A DNA stretch of 64,000 nt, taken from contig OZ242335.1 of assembly GCA_965208425.1 (NCBI GenBank), forward strand, positions 84,586 through 148,585. Reading direction: 5' to 3'. The DNA comes from Candidatus Poribacteria bacterium (GTDB taxonomy: Bacteria; Poribacteria; WGA-4E; PCPOR2b). The notes under the pieces are model-generated. The model saw only the letters and a program-made list of their open reading frames with translations. It searched no databases and was not told the origin of the DNA. The first letter of the stretch is position 1, and each line of letters opens with the position of its first letter. Below, in pieces: positions 1 to 9,280 of this stretch. Made by a program: the position numbers and the translations under genes.

Positions 1-1038
1 CAGCGTCGGTACTACGCAATCTATAGCAAATATATCAGCAAGTTTAGCCTGATAAATCACATCTCTAAGCTGAAACGATTGCCTCGGTTTACCCATTGGA
101 ATCAACTCCCCAGTCAAGCGATACAAGACGTAGCAGCACGCATCGACAAAGGCTACCGTGCCATGTTTGAAGCGCGTGCTTCAGGCAAGAGATGGGGCAG
201 ACCCCGTTTCAAGCCTCGTCGCAAGTATAAGTCATTCACATTGCTTCAGGCAGGTTGGAAACTCTTACCGGGCAATCGCATCCAGATAGGAAAACTTATC
301 TACTCCTATTTCAAGTCGCGCGATGTGTTTGGCAATCCGAAACGTTGTACGATTAAACGGGACGCCGTTGGAGATGTCTATATCTGTATCTTAACTGACT
401 ATGTAGAACCCGACCCCAATCGACTCACGACAGGTAAAATCGCGGGGTTTGATTTCGGTCTGAAACGGTATCTTACCGGTCATAACGGACACGATATAGA
501 ATCGCCACAGTTTTTTAAGCGCAGTATCAATGCTATCAAACGTGCAAACCGCGCGCATTCACGGAAAAAGAAAAAATCAAAGAACCGTGAACGCGCACGG
601 CTTGACTTGGCACGAAAACACCGCAAGATTGAACGCCAACGGGAGGATTTCCATTGGAAGTTGGCACACCAACTGACAGATGACTACGACGAGATACGGC
701 TTGAGGACTTAAATCTACAGGGCATGAAAATCCTCTGGGGAGGTAAGGTTAATGATTTAGGTTTTGGCGATTTCGTCAAAACGCTGATGTATATTGCCGA
801 CAAAAAAGGGGTCAAAATCGTGTTCATAGACAAGTGGTATCCAACGAGTAAAACTTGTTCGGTCTGCGGTGCGGTCAATGAAGTGTTGAATCTGCGGGAT
901 AGAACTTGGCAGTGTAATGATTGTCGCACGGTGCATGACCGAGACCGCAACGCTGCAACTAATATTTTTCGGGTTGGGGCGTCAACCCATGAAGGAGAGG
1001 ACGTAAGCCCCGATTCATCGGGCAATCCTTGTGGATAG
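1..1038 (+). CDS. tnpB: TnpB RNA-guided endonuclease (IS200/IS605 OrfB), 5' end outside the window
   Basis: Frame 1 is open from base 1 (QRRYYAIY...). Motifs: RuvC-I GFDFGLK, RuvC-II IRLEDLN, CSVC/CNDC zinc finger, RuvC-III DRDRNAATNI. Confidence 0.93.
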   Translation, partial: QRRYYAIYSKYISKFSLINHISKLKRLPRFTHWNQLPSQAIQDVAARIDKGYRAMFEARASGKRWGRPRFKPRRKYKSFTLLQAGWKLLPGNRIQIGKLIYSYFKSRDVFGNPKRCTIKRDAVGDVYICILTDYVEPDPNRLTTGKIAGFDFGLKRYLTGHNGHDIESPQFFKRSINAIKRANRAHSRKKKKSKNRERARLDLARKHRKIERQREDFHWKLAHQLTDDYDEIRLEDLNLQGMKILWGGKVNDLGFGDFVKTLMYIADKKGVKIVFIDKWYPTSKTCSVCGAVNEVLNLRDRTWQCNDCRTVHDRDRNAATNIFRVGASTHEGEDVSPDSSGNPCG

Positions 1039-1137
1039 CACAATTCCACTCCTATTGGCAAGGGACGCGCTCCGATTCTCGGAGTCCCGATAAATCGGGA
1101 TAAGAATCCCAAGCCTTTAGGTTTGGGAGTACGTCAA
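965..1137 (+). ncRNA. Putative omegaRNA scaffold and IS200/IS605 right end
   Basis: Overlaps the tnpB 3' end. Ends in GAAT, hairpin CCCAAGCCTTTAGGTTTGGG, then TCAA (1134-1137), the canonical right-end layout. Confidence 0.75.
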
Positions 1138-1554
1138 CTACGTACAACGAATCAAAGGCGCGACACACGAAAAATGATTGTAGGTATTGATGATGTTGTT
1201 GGGGTCTCAATGTGCTAGAAATCTGTGTGCACGAATACCGCCCTTATGGGCAGCTTTGACCGCTCCCCGCTCTAAAGAACGGGGATTCTTTTGATAGCCA
1301 ATCCCCGTTCTACCTCTTAGAATTTAGCGTCTTTTGCTATGGGGCCGTCTACCTTTTTCGTGAAAAGGCTTCCCCCCTCAACTTATGGGGCAACACAACT
1401 TACGCAGCTGCGGCGCAGGCCATGGGGCGCACTACGGAAACACTTTGAGGGCAAATGTTACCGATACGTGGTAGATATATCCTACTTCACACTGAAGTCA
1501 TGCGGCTATATCACGTCACTATGCGTGATAGAGGGGCCGGTTAGATATTCTGTT

Positions 1555-1702
1555 GGCTCATGTAAAAAGAGAGTGCAAAGCACGAAGTAAAGGCCCCCTT
1601 TGTACCCCCCTTAATCCCCCCGCAAGCAGGGGGAGAGTAACCCCTGATAAATCGGGATACAGGTGCTTGTGGCTTTGGTTGCACTAATTCTTAACATGAG
1701 CG
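1555..1702. mobile_element. MITE family A (IS1595-like ends)
   Basis: Ends GGCTCATGTAA...TTAACATGAGCG with an 8-bp target duplication ATTCTGTT on both sides. Confidence 0.85.
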
Positions 1703-1735
1703 ATTCTGTTTTTGTAGTTTCTGGTGTTTTCTACG

Positions 1736-1811
1736 TCTACGCTGCCCTTTACGTTAGGGTGGGCAAGGACAACGGCGAGGTTGCCGAAGGCGTAATTCCT
1801 TGCCCCGTAGA
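1736..1811 (-). ncRNA. Pseudoknotted IS605 leader RNA motif, copy 1
   Basis: Stems TCTACG/CGTAGA, GGGCAAGGA/TCCTTGCCC, CGGC/GCCG, CCCT/AGGG; pseudoknot TTACG/CGTAA. Confidence 0.6.
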
Positions 1812-1856
1812 TGGCAGAAGTATACTACTTTTTACCAACGAAGTCAAGACTAAAGC

Positions 1857-1978
1857 TAGGGCTATTCAGTTTTCGGCTTTTTAACTATTTTCTTTGAAAA
1901 GTCGTAATCGGGAAGTCGCTCCTAGAGTGAGGTGTCGGGATTCGGAGATCCCTCCTACAGGAGAATTAAATGACCCTA
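1857..1978. mobile_element. MITE with a 10-bp target duplication
   Basis: Ends TAGGG...CCCTA, flanked by AGACTAAAGC at 1847-1856 and 1979-1988. Confidence 0.65.
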
Positions 1979-2072
1979 AGACTAAAGCCTTGAAAAACTA
2001 TGCTAAAGCGTCCCTGTATCCCCCCATAAATGACGGGGTTTTAGGGCTAAAGTTGGTTTCGATAAATATAAA

Positions 2073-3230
2073 ATGAATAAGAACCAATCGTACGACTTTT
2101 CACGTTTCATGCTTTACGCAACACATCACTTCACGTTCGTGGTTATCACATTGCTATTTCTCCTCGGTGGAACAAATCTCGCCTCAGCCCAAGCTATCAA
2201 CGAAGATTTTTACGCATCAACAAATACGTTCCTCAGAAGGCTTGCATTGGTAAAGCAACTGAGGTTGGGGGATAATTCTGTCAGTTCAATTTCGGGGATA
2301 AACGCCCTGAACAGCAATCCTGCCGGACTTAGTTTCATCAATAACAACCGCCTTATCACAAACGTATCACGATTTCCACGCACTGTTGCCGTTATTGCCA
2401 AACTGAACGATGTTGAACGATACGAAGATCATAATCAGTACGCGCTTCGCGCATCAGGACTTGAGTTTATAAACTACAGCAAATCTGTAGGTGCCGCAGG
2501 AGGCTTTGGATTCGATTTCGCGGTCGGACATGAGGGACGATTCAGCCGTGTTAATCACCTTGGAAAAGCGACGAACAGTTTTCCTGAAACCGACTTTGCG
2601 ATTGGATTCAGTTATGCTGTTAAATTGTTTCGAGAATTTGCTATCGGTGGGGATGCCAGATGGCTGCGATCTAAAGTACAGGATCCTGAGAATAACCGGC
2701 ATATCGGACACGGTTACGCTTATAATTTGGGACTGATCCAGCAATTAGGCGAACACATCCGCATCGGTGCCGTGATTAGGAACTTGAGTAATGGATTATC
2801 ATTCACTGATAACTCTATTCCCGATCGCATTCGTCGAGATGTCCTTCTAGGTGGAAGTTACCAATTCCATTATAAAAATGTAGATATTCAGGTTGGTTTG
2901 GATCTGAACCCACCCTTTGAAGATGGGATCCGAACCAACTTTGGTGGAACTGTTTGGTATCATAATTTCATCGGAGCACGGATAGGTTATCTGCGTCACA
3001 TCGAAAAACGGTTCGGTTCAATCCTCAGTCTTGAAACTGAACAAGTTGAGTTTGAAAATAGAATCTGGAAAGCTGAAGGGTTGACACTGGGGCTGGGGGT
3101 ACAGATCCGTGGAATTCATATAAACGCAGCCTATACACCGCAGATGCAACCGACAGAAAATGACAGGGAGCAGATTCGCATCGAAAGTGGTAAATCGGTG
3201 TATTCATTTTCAATTGAGCAGCGTTATTGA
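2073..3230 (+). CDS. Outer-membrane beta-barrel, PorV/PorQ (UPF0164)-like
   Basis: Signal peptide, NPAGL motif, alternating amphipathic strands, G..I.NL motif, aromatic C-terminus. Confidence 0.6.
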   Translation: MNKNQSYDFSRFMLYATHHFTFVVITLLFLLGGTNLASAQAINEDFYASTNTFLRRLALVKQLRLGDNSVSSISGINALNSNPAGLSFINNNRLITNVSRFPRTVAVIAKLNDVERYEDHNQYALRASGLEFINYSKSVGAAGGFGFDFAVGHEGRFSRVNHLGKATNSFPETDFAIGFSYAVKLFREFAIGGDARWLRSKVQDPENNRHIGHGYAYNLGLIQQLGEHIRIGAVIRNLSNGLSFTDNSIPDRIRRDVLLGGSYQFHYKNVDIQVGLDLNPPFEDGIRTNFGGTVWYHNFIGARIGYLRHIEKRFGSILSLETEQVEFENRIWKAEGLTLGLGVQIRGIHINAAYTPQMQPTENDREQIRIESGKSVYSFSIEQRY

Positions 3231-3308
3231 GAAGAACATACAATAATCTGTGCAAACCGCTGATCTTCTACCGTATTACGGCTCACGTTTTTGCATACCA
3301 CAACCACT

Positions 3309-3923
3309 ATGTTAGACGAATACAAAACCATCGTTGGAATAGCAGAGTCAAAGCTAGTTGTCAAAAAATCCCGTTTCTTTGGGCTTGTCACATCAGTTGA
3401 TACGATACAGGGATCGAAAAGATTTATAGCACTCATCCAAGAGAAATATCCCAACGCCTCACACTACTGCTGTGCATACAGTATCGGATGGGGGCATGAA
3501 AAGCGGGAGTATGCCACGGATGATGGCGAGCCGAGAAAGTCCGCAGGTCCCCCAATTTTAACCGCCGTGGCTTCATCTCAACTCTCGAATGTCATCTGTG
3601 TCGTTGTCCGCTACTACGGCGGCATCAATCTTGGCGTCGGTGGACTTATTCGGGCTTATGGTCGATGTGCGAGGGAATGTTTAGCGAGTGCAAAAATTGA
3701 AACTCGGATTTTTTACAAGACACTACAGGTGCAGACACCTTATGAACAGATTGGGTCGGTCCTCAAACTGTGTGGCAGATTAGGAGGAAGGGTGGTAAAC
3801 GTCGAATATGATCAACGTGCAACCGCACATCTGCAGATTCGCCAACGAGAGATTGAAAACTTTCGAGAGAATCTGCGTGGAATCAACACTGATATTGACG
3901 TGATTGATCCTGTAACTGTATAA
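3309..3923 (+). CDS. yigZ: YigZ/IMPACT family protein
   Basis: Motifs KKSRF, ASHYCCAY, DDGEP..SAG, VVVRYYGGINLGVGGLIRAY. Confidence 0.9.
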   Translation: MLDEYKTIVGIAESKLVVKKSRFFGLVTSVDTIQGSKRFIALIQEKYPNASHYCCAYSIGWGHEKREYATDDGEPRKSAGPPILTAVASSQLSNVICVVVRYYGGINLGVGGLIRAYGRCARECLASAKIETRIFYKTLQVQTPYEQIGSVLKLCGRLGGRVVNVEYDQRATAHLQIRQREIENFRENLRGINTDIDVIDPVTV

Positions 3924-3958
3924 TCTTGAGTGTGTAGGTATCAAGAAATACAGGAGGA

Positions 3959-4399
3959 ATGAACTTGAACGAGGTAAAGAAATTCACAGCTACACATGAA
4001 TGGATTGAAGTTGGAGAGAGTGACGGAGTCATCGGAATCACCGAGCGCATCCAACTAGAGTATGGTGATATTATCTTTGTTGAACTGCCCGCAGTTGGCG
4101 ATGAGTATGAACAGGATGAGCCGCTGGGAAGAGTAGAAGTGACTGATGGTAACACTTTTCCTATCCATGCGCCAGCGACTGGAGAGATTAAAGAAATCAA
4201 CACCACGCTGGAGGAGGATCCGGATCTAATTAATCATTCGCCTGAAGGGGATGGCTGGATCTGTCGGATAAGCATCGAAAGTGCTAGGGAGCTTGATGTA
4301 TTGATGGATGTTGATGCGTACATTGACTACGAGGAAGAAGAACTTGACGATGAATACATGGATGAGGAAGATTTTTACGACGAGGATGAGGCTTATTGA
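3959..4399 (+). CDS. Glycine cleavage H-protein-like, lacking the lipoyl Lys and with an acidic tail
   Basis: Motifs HEWI, IGIT, GDIIFVELP, APATGEI..IN, P.LINHSP...GWI. The ESVKA motif is replaced by EVTDG. Confidence 0.8.
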   Translation: MNLNEVKKFTATHEWIEVGESDGVIGITERIQLEYGDIIFVELPAVGDEYEQDEPLGRVEVTDGNTFPIHAPATGEIKEINTTLEEDPDLINHSPEGDGWICRISIESARELDVLMDVDAYIDYEEEELDDEYMDEEDFYDEDEAY

Positions 4400-4405
4400 C
4401 TTGAT

Positions 4406-4482
4406 TATAGTGGATTTTAGAATTAATGAGACATTCCAAACCGGTGCGGTTGGAAACCGCACCTACCGGGGAATTCACCATA
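4406..4482. repeat. MITE family B with an internal GGTGCGGTT..AACCGCACC hairpin
   Basis: TATAGTGGATTTTAGAATTAATGAGAC...GAATTCACCATA. Related copies at about 32280, 42044, 52142 and 57950. Confidence 0.7.
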
Positions 4483-4562
4483 ATGTACCTCAAAAGTTTT
4501 TTGTTACATTCCCCCGCCTCAAATAGATTCCCTATTTTCCTCCTACGATACAAAGGATCTTT

Positions 4563-6308
4563 ATGTCATTAGTCAGATTGGACCAAATCACAAAATCGTA
4601 TGACCCTTACCTCATTCTGGACGAAGTCTCTTTGTCAATTGAACATGGCGATCGGATTGGATTGATTGGAAAGAACGGGACTGGTAAAACTACGCTGATA
4701 GAAATTATTGCCGGTATAATCGAGGATTTCAAAGGGAACATTGGATACGCGAAACAACTGCAAATCGGGTACCTCAGCCAAGAGCCCAATTTGGAAGCCA
4801 ATTGCTCACTCCGGCAAGAGATGTTCAAGGTCTTTCAAAAGCGGCGCGACCTCGAAGACGAGATGCTGCTGCTCAGTGAAGAGATGGCGGAAGATCCGAG
4901 TGTGCTCGATCGATATGCCGGATTGCAAGAGCAACACGAACGCATGGGTGGTTACGACTATGAGTATGAAATAAATCGAACGTTGGGCGGGTTAGGATTT
5001 CGTGAAAGCGATTTTAATTTGAAGACTGAGGTCTTGAGCGGCGGGCAGAAAAGTCGTGCCGCGCTCGCGAAATTGCTGCTTGAAGATCCCGATCTGTTGC
5101 TGCTGGACGAACCTACTAACCATCTGGACATCAAAGCAATTGAGTGGTTGGAAAACTTCCTGAATACCGAATATCGGGGAGCGGTAATCATCGTCTCACA
5201 TGATCGCTACTTTTTGGATCGCGTTGCCCGCAAGATTGTCGAGTTGCGAAACCATAAACTTAAGGAGTACCCCGGTAACTACACCAAATATCTCGAAATC
5301 AGGCAAACTGAAAGGGTAGCACAGGAACGAGACTATAAAAAACAACAACGGTATATCGCTCACGAGGAGGACTTTATCCGCCGTAATATGGCTGGGCAGC
5401 GCACGCGAGAGGCACAAGGACGGCAGAAACTGCTTGACCGTCTTGAACGCGTAGAGAAACCAGAGGCCGTTGATAAAACAATCAAACTCCGTTTCACGCC
5501 GGATGTACGGGGTGGAAATAACATCTTACAGTGTCAGGCTTTGGGAAAGCGATACGGCGATAAGCAAATCTTTGAAGACGTGAATATAGAAATCTATCGT
5601 CAGGATGTTGTCGGCGTCATTGGTCCCAACGGCGTTGGAAAAACGACACTGTTCCGAATGATCCTCGGAAACGAACTGCCGACTTCAGGGAAGTTGAAGG
5701 TTGGGCACAATCTCCATTTTGGGTACTACGACCAAGAGCTTGCAGGGCTCAACCAAGATAACACAGTTATTGATGAGATTTGGGGGTTGCGTCCAACACA
5801 GAAACAGGGGGAGATTCGCAGTTTTCTGGGACGATTCCTGTTCTCTGAAGATGAAGTGTTCAAATGGGTTGGCGACCTCAGCGGTGGCGAACAGAGCCGT
5901 GTCATGCTCGCCAAGCTGCTCTTGGAAAATGCGAATGTTCTCCTGCTTGATGAACCGACGAATCACCTAGACATACAATCACGCGAAGTTCTTGAGGAGG
6001 CATTGGCGGAATACCCAGCAACCATTTTTATGATCTCCCATGACCGTTATTTTCTGAACAAGCTTGTCAACAAACTGTTGGTCTTTGAGAATGGAACGGC
6101 GCAGCTATTTTTCGGGACTTACGCCGAATATGAAGCCCACATTCGAGAGCAAAAGCGGCAAGCGATGCAAGCGAAAGAAGATGCAGAGAAGGCAAGAAAG
6201 GCAGAGCGACAGGAAAAGCAGCAGAGGGAAAGATTGCGGGTTGCGTCAACTTCAAAGAAATCGAGAAAGAAACGGCGGGTGAAAGCACAACGGGTGGCTG
6301 ATGTGTAA
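4563..6308 (+). CDS. ABC-F family ATPase
   Basis: Two ABC domains (GKNGTGKTT, LSGGQ, LLLDEPTNHLD; GPNGVGKTT, LSGGE), linker, no transmembrane segments. Confidence 0.93.
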   Translation: MSLVRLDQITKSYDPYLILDEVSLSIEHGDRIGLIGKNGTGKTTLIEIIAGIIEDFKGNIGYAKQLQIGYLSQEPNLEANCSLRQEMFKVFQKRRDLEDEMLLLSEEMAEDPSVLDRYAGLQEQHERMGGYDYEYEINRTLGGLGFRESDFNLKTEVLSGGQKSRAALAKLLLEDPDLLLLDEPTNHLDIKAIEWLENFLNTEYRGAVIIVSHDRYFLDRVARKIVELRNHKLKEYPGNYTKYLEIRQTERVAQERDYKKQQRYIAHEEDFIRRNMAGQRTREAQGRQKLLDRLERVEKPEAVDKTIKLRFTPDVRGGNNILQCQALGKRYGDKQIFEDVNIEIYRQDVVGVIGPNGVGKTTLFRMILGNELPTSGKLKVGHNLHFGYYDQELAGLNQDNTVIDEIWGLRPTQKQGEIRSFLGRFLFSEDEVFKWVGDLSGGEQSRVMLAKLLLENANVLLLDEPTNHLDIQSREVLEEALAEYPATIFMISHDRYFLNKLVNKLLVFENGTAQLFFGTYAEYEAHIREQKRQAMQAKEDAEKARKAERQEKQQRERLRVASTSKKSRKKRRVKAQRVADV

Positions 6309-6339
6309 TCGAGGATTATTACCATCGAATCTGCATACT

Positions 6340-6594
6340 TCAACGAAGTTGAGTCAACAATTCCATACGATGTTCGTCAAGCCACTGTTGAACTTCTGTG
6401 TCAGATGGTGCTGGTTGATTCGTTGCTAAAAGACCGCGAGCCTTTTCCGAGGTATTGCGTTTAGATCGCGAACCTTCTGCTTCCGGTGCAAGTGTTTTTA
6501 GGACATCTTGCACGAGTGAGAAGCGGCTAGCAGGCGACCAGCCACGAATAATTTCAATGATTGCTCTGTAGTTAATTGGTTCAACGGTTGGCAT
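6340..6594 (-). CDS. Small hypothetical protein, antitoxin-like
   Basis: 84 aa with an AAGGGGG RBS. The ARGLL...PAPSD.EVQQWLDEHRME tail resembles antitoxins found beside PIN toxins (pattern recall). Confidence 0.5.
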   Translation of the reverse strand: MPTVEPINYRAIIEIIRGWSPASRFSLVQDVLKTLAPEAEGSRSKRNTSEKARGLLATNQPAPSDTEVQQWLDEHRMELLTQLR

Positions 6595-6710
6595 AGTCCT
6601 TGCCCCCTTCAGTCAGATATAAAGGTGACTACTACTATACCATGTTGACTCGCGAATCATCAATATCAAGATTCAGTTGAATCCTATTCTAGCATAAGGA
6701 GAACACAGTC

Positions 6711-7754
6711 TTGGCATCAGAATTGTCGTCCATAGATCTTCATAATGAAGCCCTCGTTATTGATTCTCATAACGATACAATTGTCGGGCATATCCGTCGA
6801 GGAAATGTCAGCATTTCAGATCGGGAGAGGCCTGACCGCGTCCGGCATGATGGAACAATTGCGTATATGCGCGGTCCTCTCGACTCGGAAGCCAGCCAGA
6901 TGGATATCCAGATCAATCTACCGAAGATGCGTCAGGGTGGGGTTGACGCTGCTTTTTTTGCGATTGATGTGACGCGAGCGTGGAAGAATCATCTCAGCTA
7001 CGCCCTAGATGCCATCGGCTTTTTTAAGGCGGAGGTCGAGACCCACGCCGATGAAATCGTCATTGCAAGGACAGCGGAAGATGTTCGAGAAGCAAAAGCC
7101 GCAGGCAAACTTGCTGCGATTTTGGTTATTGAGAACAGTGACGGTGTGGAGCGAAGCCTGAACATCCTGAAAAGCCTCCACCACTTGGGCGTCCGATCTG
7201 TTGGGTTGACCCACGACCCGACCTCATGGGCGGCAGCTGGCAACGCCGAAACGGATAGCGGCGGTGGACTCACCCAATTTGGCGTCCAACTGGTGAAGGA
7301 GATGAATCGATTGGGGATGCTTGTCGATGTCTCCCACATCAGTGAACACGGCTTTTGGGACGTTCTGGAAATTGCCGAACGCCCTGTAATCGCTTCCCAC
7401 AGCAACTGTAAAGCACTCTGCGGTCATCCGCGCAACCTGACTGACGAACAGATTAAGCGCATTGCCGAAAACGGTGGGGTCATTGGTGCGACCTTTGTAA
7501 CGTGGTTTATTGACGACGATGCACCCTCATTTTCCCGTTATATAGATCATATTGATCACATCGTCAATCTGGTTGGAGATGACCACGTTGGTATCGGATC
7601 TGATTTCGATGGTGGTGGCGAACAACTCAAGGATGCGACGGAGTTTCCTAAGATTACCGAAGCGTTGTTGGAGCGGGGCTATTCACTTGTGTCGATCCGG
7701 AAAATCCTTGGGGAAAATCATCTACGGGTGTTTGCGGAGGCATGTCCCGGATAA
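6711..7754 (+). CDS. Membrane dipeptidase (peptidase M19)
   Basis: Motifs IDSHND, GMLVDVSH, IASHSN, HPRNLTD, HIDHIV, GIGSDFDG. Confidence 0.92.
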   Translation: MASELSSIDLHNEALVIDSHNDTIVGHIRRGNVSISDRERPDRVRHDGTIAYMRGPLDSEASQMDIQINLPKMRQGGVDAAFFAIDVTRAWKNHLSYALDAIGFFKAEVETHADEIVIARTAEDVREAKAAGKLAAILVIENSDGVERSLNILKSLHHLGVRSVGLTHDPTSWAAAGNAETDSGGGLTQFGVQLVKEMNRLGMLVDVSHISEHGFWDVLEIAERPVIASHSNCKALCGHPRNLTDEQIKRIAENGGVIGATFVTWFIDDDAPSFSRYIDHIDHIVNLVGDDHVGIGSDFDGGGEQLKDATEFPKITEALLERGYSLVSIRKILGENHLRVFAEACPG

Positions 7755-7765
7755 GTATTGCTCCC

Positions 7766-8530
7766 CTACAACTCTCCTCGCAGCAACAGGCGATCCGTCA
7801 TTGGCTCACCCTTACCGTTAAACGTGCCGGTTGGCATATAATGAATAACCATTGCTCGCCGCCTGCGCTGTGATCGATTCGGATTGGTCTGGTGCAGCAT
7901 CAGACAGTGATGCACCATCGCATACCCTGCTTTGAGCGGTACAGGTGCCGCACGATTTTCATCCACGTCTGCCTGCAGCAATGCCGGAAGTTTCCCCTTC
8001 TCTGATACGGCGCGGTCGTGATCTGGAGCGTTTTCCAAATGGCTGCCGGGGATAACGTTCATGCACCCATTCTCTTCATCGGCGTCGTCGAGTGCCATCC
8101 AGATACTCACAAGGTCCGACGGCGTACAACGCCAGTATCCGTTGTCCTGATGCCATGGTACTTCGCCGCCGTGCCGGGCAGGTTTATAGAGGGCTTGATC
8201 GTGGAACAATTGGATATTAGGTCCAATCAAGCTCTCAGCGATGTCCAACAACGGTTCATGATAGAGCAGTTGACGGTACACCTCATCGTAGTGCCACATC
8301 TCCATAATTTGCAGCATCTCCTCTGAACGGTCTGCGGTCTCGTCCTGTTCCGTTTCACCGACGACAGCAAGATTGCGCAGTCCTTCATCACTTGTCCCAT
8401 GTTTTTTCGCGAACAGCGCGTCGTAACGCTTGCGCAGCAAATCGAGATGATCGTCTGCGATGAGGCGATGTGGAATTTTGAGATACCCTTTCTCTTGAAA
8501 CTGTTCAACCTGTTGTGGCGTGAGTTTCAT
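7766..8530 (-). CDS. Phytanoyl-CoA dioxygenase (PhyH) family protein
   Basis: Motifs WHQD, W.ALDD..EENGC..VIPGSH, H...PNRS...RR. Confidence 0.92.
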   Translation of the reverse strand: MKLTPQQVEQFQEKGYLKIPHRLIADDHLDLLRKRYDALFAKKHGTSDEGLRNLAVVGETEQDETADRSEEMLQIMEMWHYDEVYRQLLYHEPLLDIAESLIGPNIQLFHDQALYKPARHGGEVPWHQDNGYWRCTPSDLVSIWMALDDADEENGCMNVIPGSHLENAPDHDRAVSEKGKLPALLQADVDENRAAPVPLKAGYAMVHHCLMLHQTNPNRSQRRRRAMVIHYMPTGTFNGKGEPMTDRLLLRGEL

Positions 8531-8627
8531 GGAATTCTCCTTTGGTATTTCAATTTTGCTTTACTTGTACCTGCATTTGATGATATACTTCGCATACAAT
8601 AAAGTTTTGATTTTTGACGAGGTTGCT

Positions 8628-8816
8628 ATGAAAACACTAGATGACTACATCGAAGAATTGAAAACTGAAGATCTCATCGAAGCCGCGCATACAGCCAAAG
8701 TGCAAAGCCATACACTTTTAGAAGATCAAGGGATTTCTACGCTTGCCCTCATGATCTCCGAACTAATTGTGGATTTCATTGAAGAACCTGAGCGGTTGCA
8801 GAGTCGGTTAAAATGA
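8628..8816 (+). CDS. Putative antitoxin of a type II TA pair
   Basis: 62-aa acidic ORF with a GAGG RBS; it overlaps the PIN gene by ATGA. Confidence 0.55.
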   Translation: MKTLDDYIEELKTEDLIEAAHTAKVQSHTLLEDQGISTLALMISELIVDFIEEPERLQSRLK

Positions 8817-9265
8817 AAGTTTATCTGGATGTATCTGTGTTGATCGTGTACCTCTTTGGACAGACGAAAGAGTCGATTCGGTATGAAGCGGTATCGAATC
8901 TCTTTGACAAGTTTCAAGCGTCTCAATTAGACTGCTGCATTTCTTTGTATGCTTTTCAGGAACTTTACTCTTTTTGTAATGCGAATTACTCTGCTGCTGA
9001 TGTCTCTAGTGTCTTTCGTTTGAGTTTGCTGAAACTTCTTGGTTATCCACTTCAAATTATGCCATTACTAACAAGAAGCGATCGTCTCACCTATGAACGC
9101 CGCTTCGCTATCTCTGACGCTTCCGATAAACCACATGTCATATCTGCTTACCTTGCTAGGTGTAACGCGATAATTTCTTACGATAGTCATTTCCAAGAAG
9201 CGACAGATTTTATTACAGCTCTAACGCCGGAAGAGTTTCTGGCACATATAGAAACTTCAGTATAG
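8813..9265 (+). CDS. PIN-domain (VapC-like) toxin
   Basis: N-terminal VYLDVSVL; D..D..H..SA....AIISYDSHF. Confidence 0.82.
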   Translation: MKVYLDVSVLIVYLFGQTKESIRYEAVSNLFDKFQASQLDCCISLYAFQELYSFCNANYSAADVSSVFRLSLLKLLGYPLQIMPLLTRSDRLTYERRFAISDASDKPHVISAYLARCNAIISYDSHFQEATDFITALTPEEFLAHIETSV

Positions 9266-9280
9266 CCCTCCTTGTAAGTT

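Larger units (their letters stand above)
1256..2061 (-). mobile_element. Non-autonomous IS200/IS605 derivative without an ORF, carrying two nested MITEs
   Basis: Right end on the minus strand: AAGAATCCCCGTTCTTTAGAGCGGGGAGCGGTCAA. Left end: TTAT|CGAAACC...AAAA plus hairpin CCCCGTCATTTATGGGGG. Internal promoter TTGACT-N17-TATACT. Confidence 0.72.
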
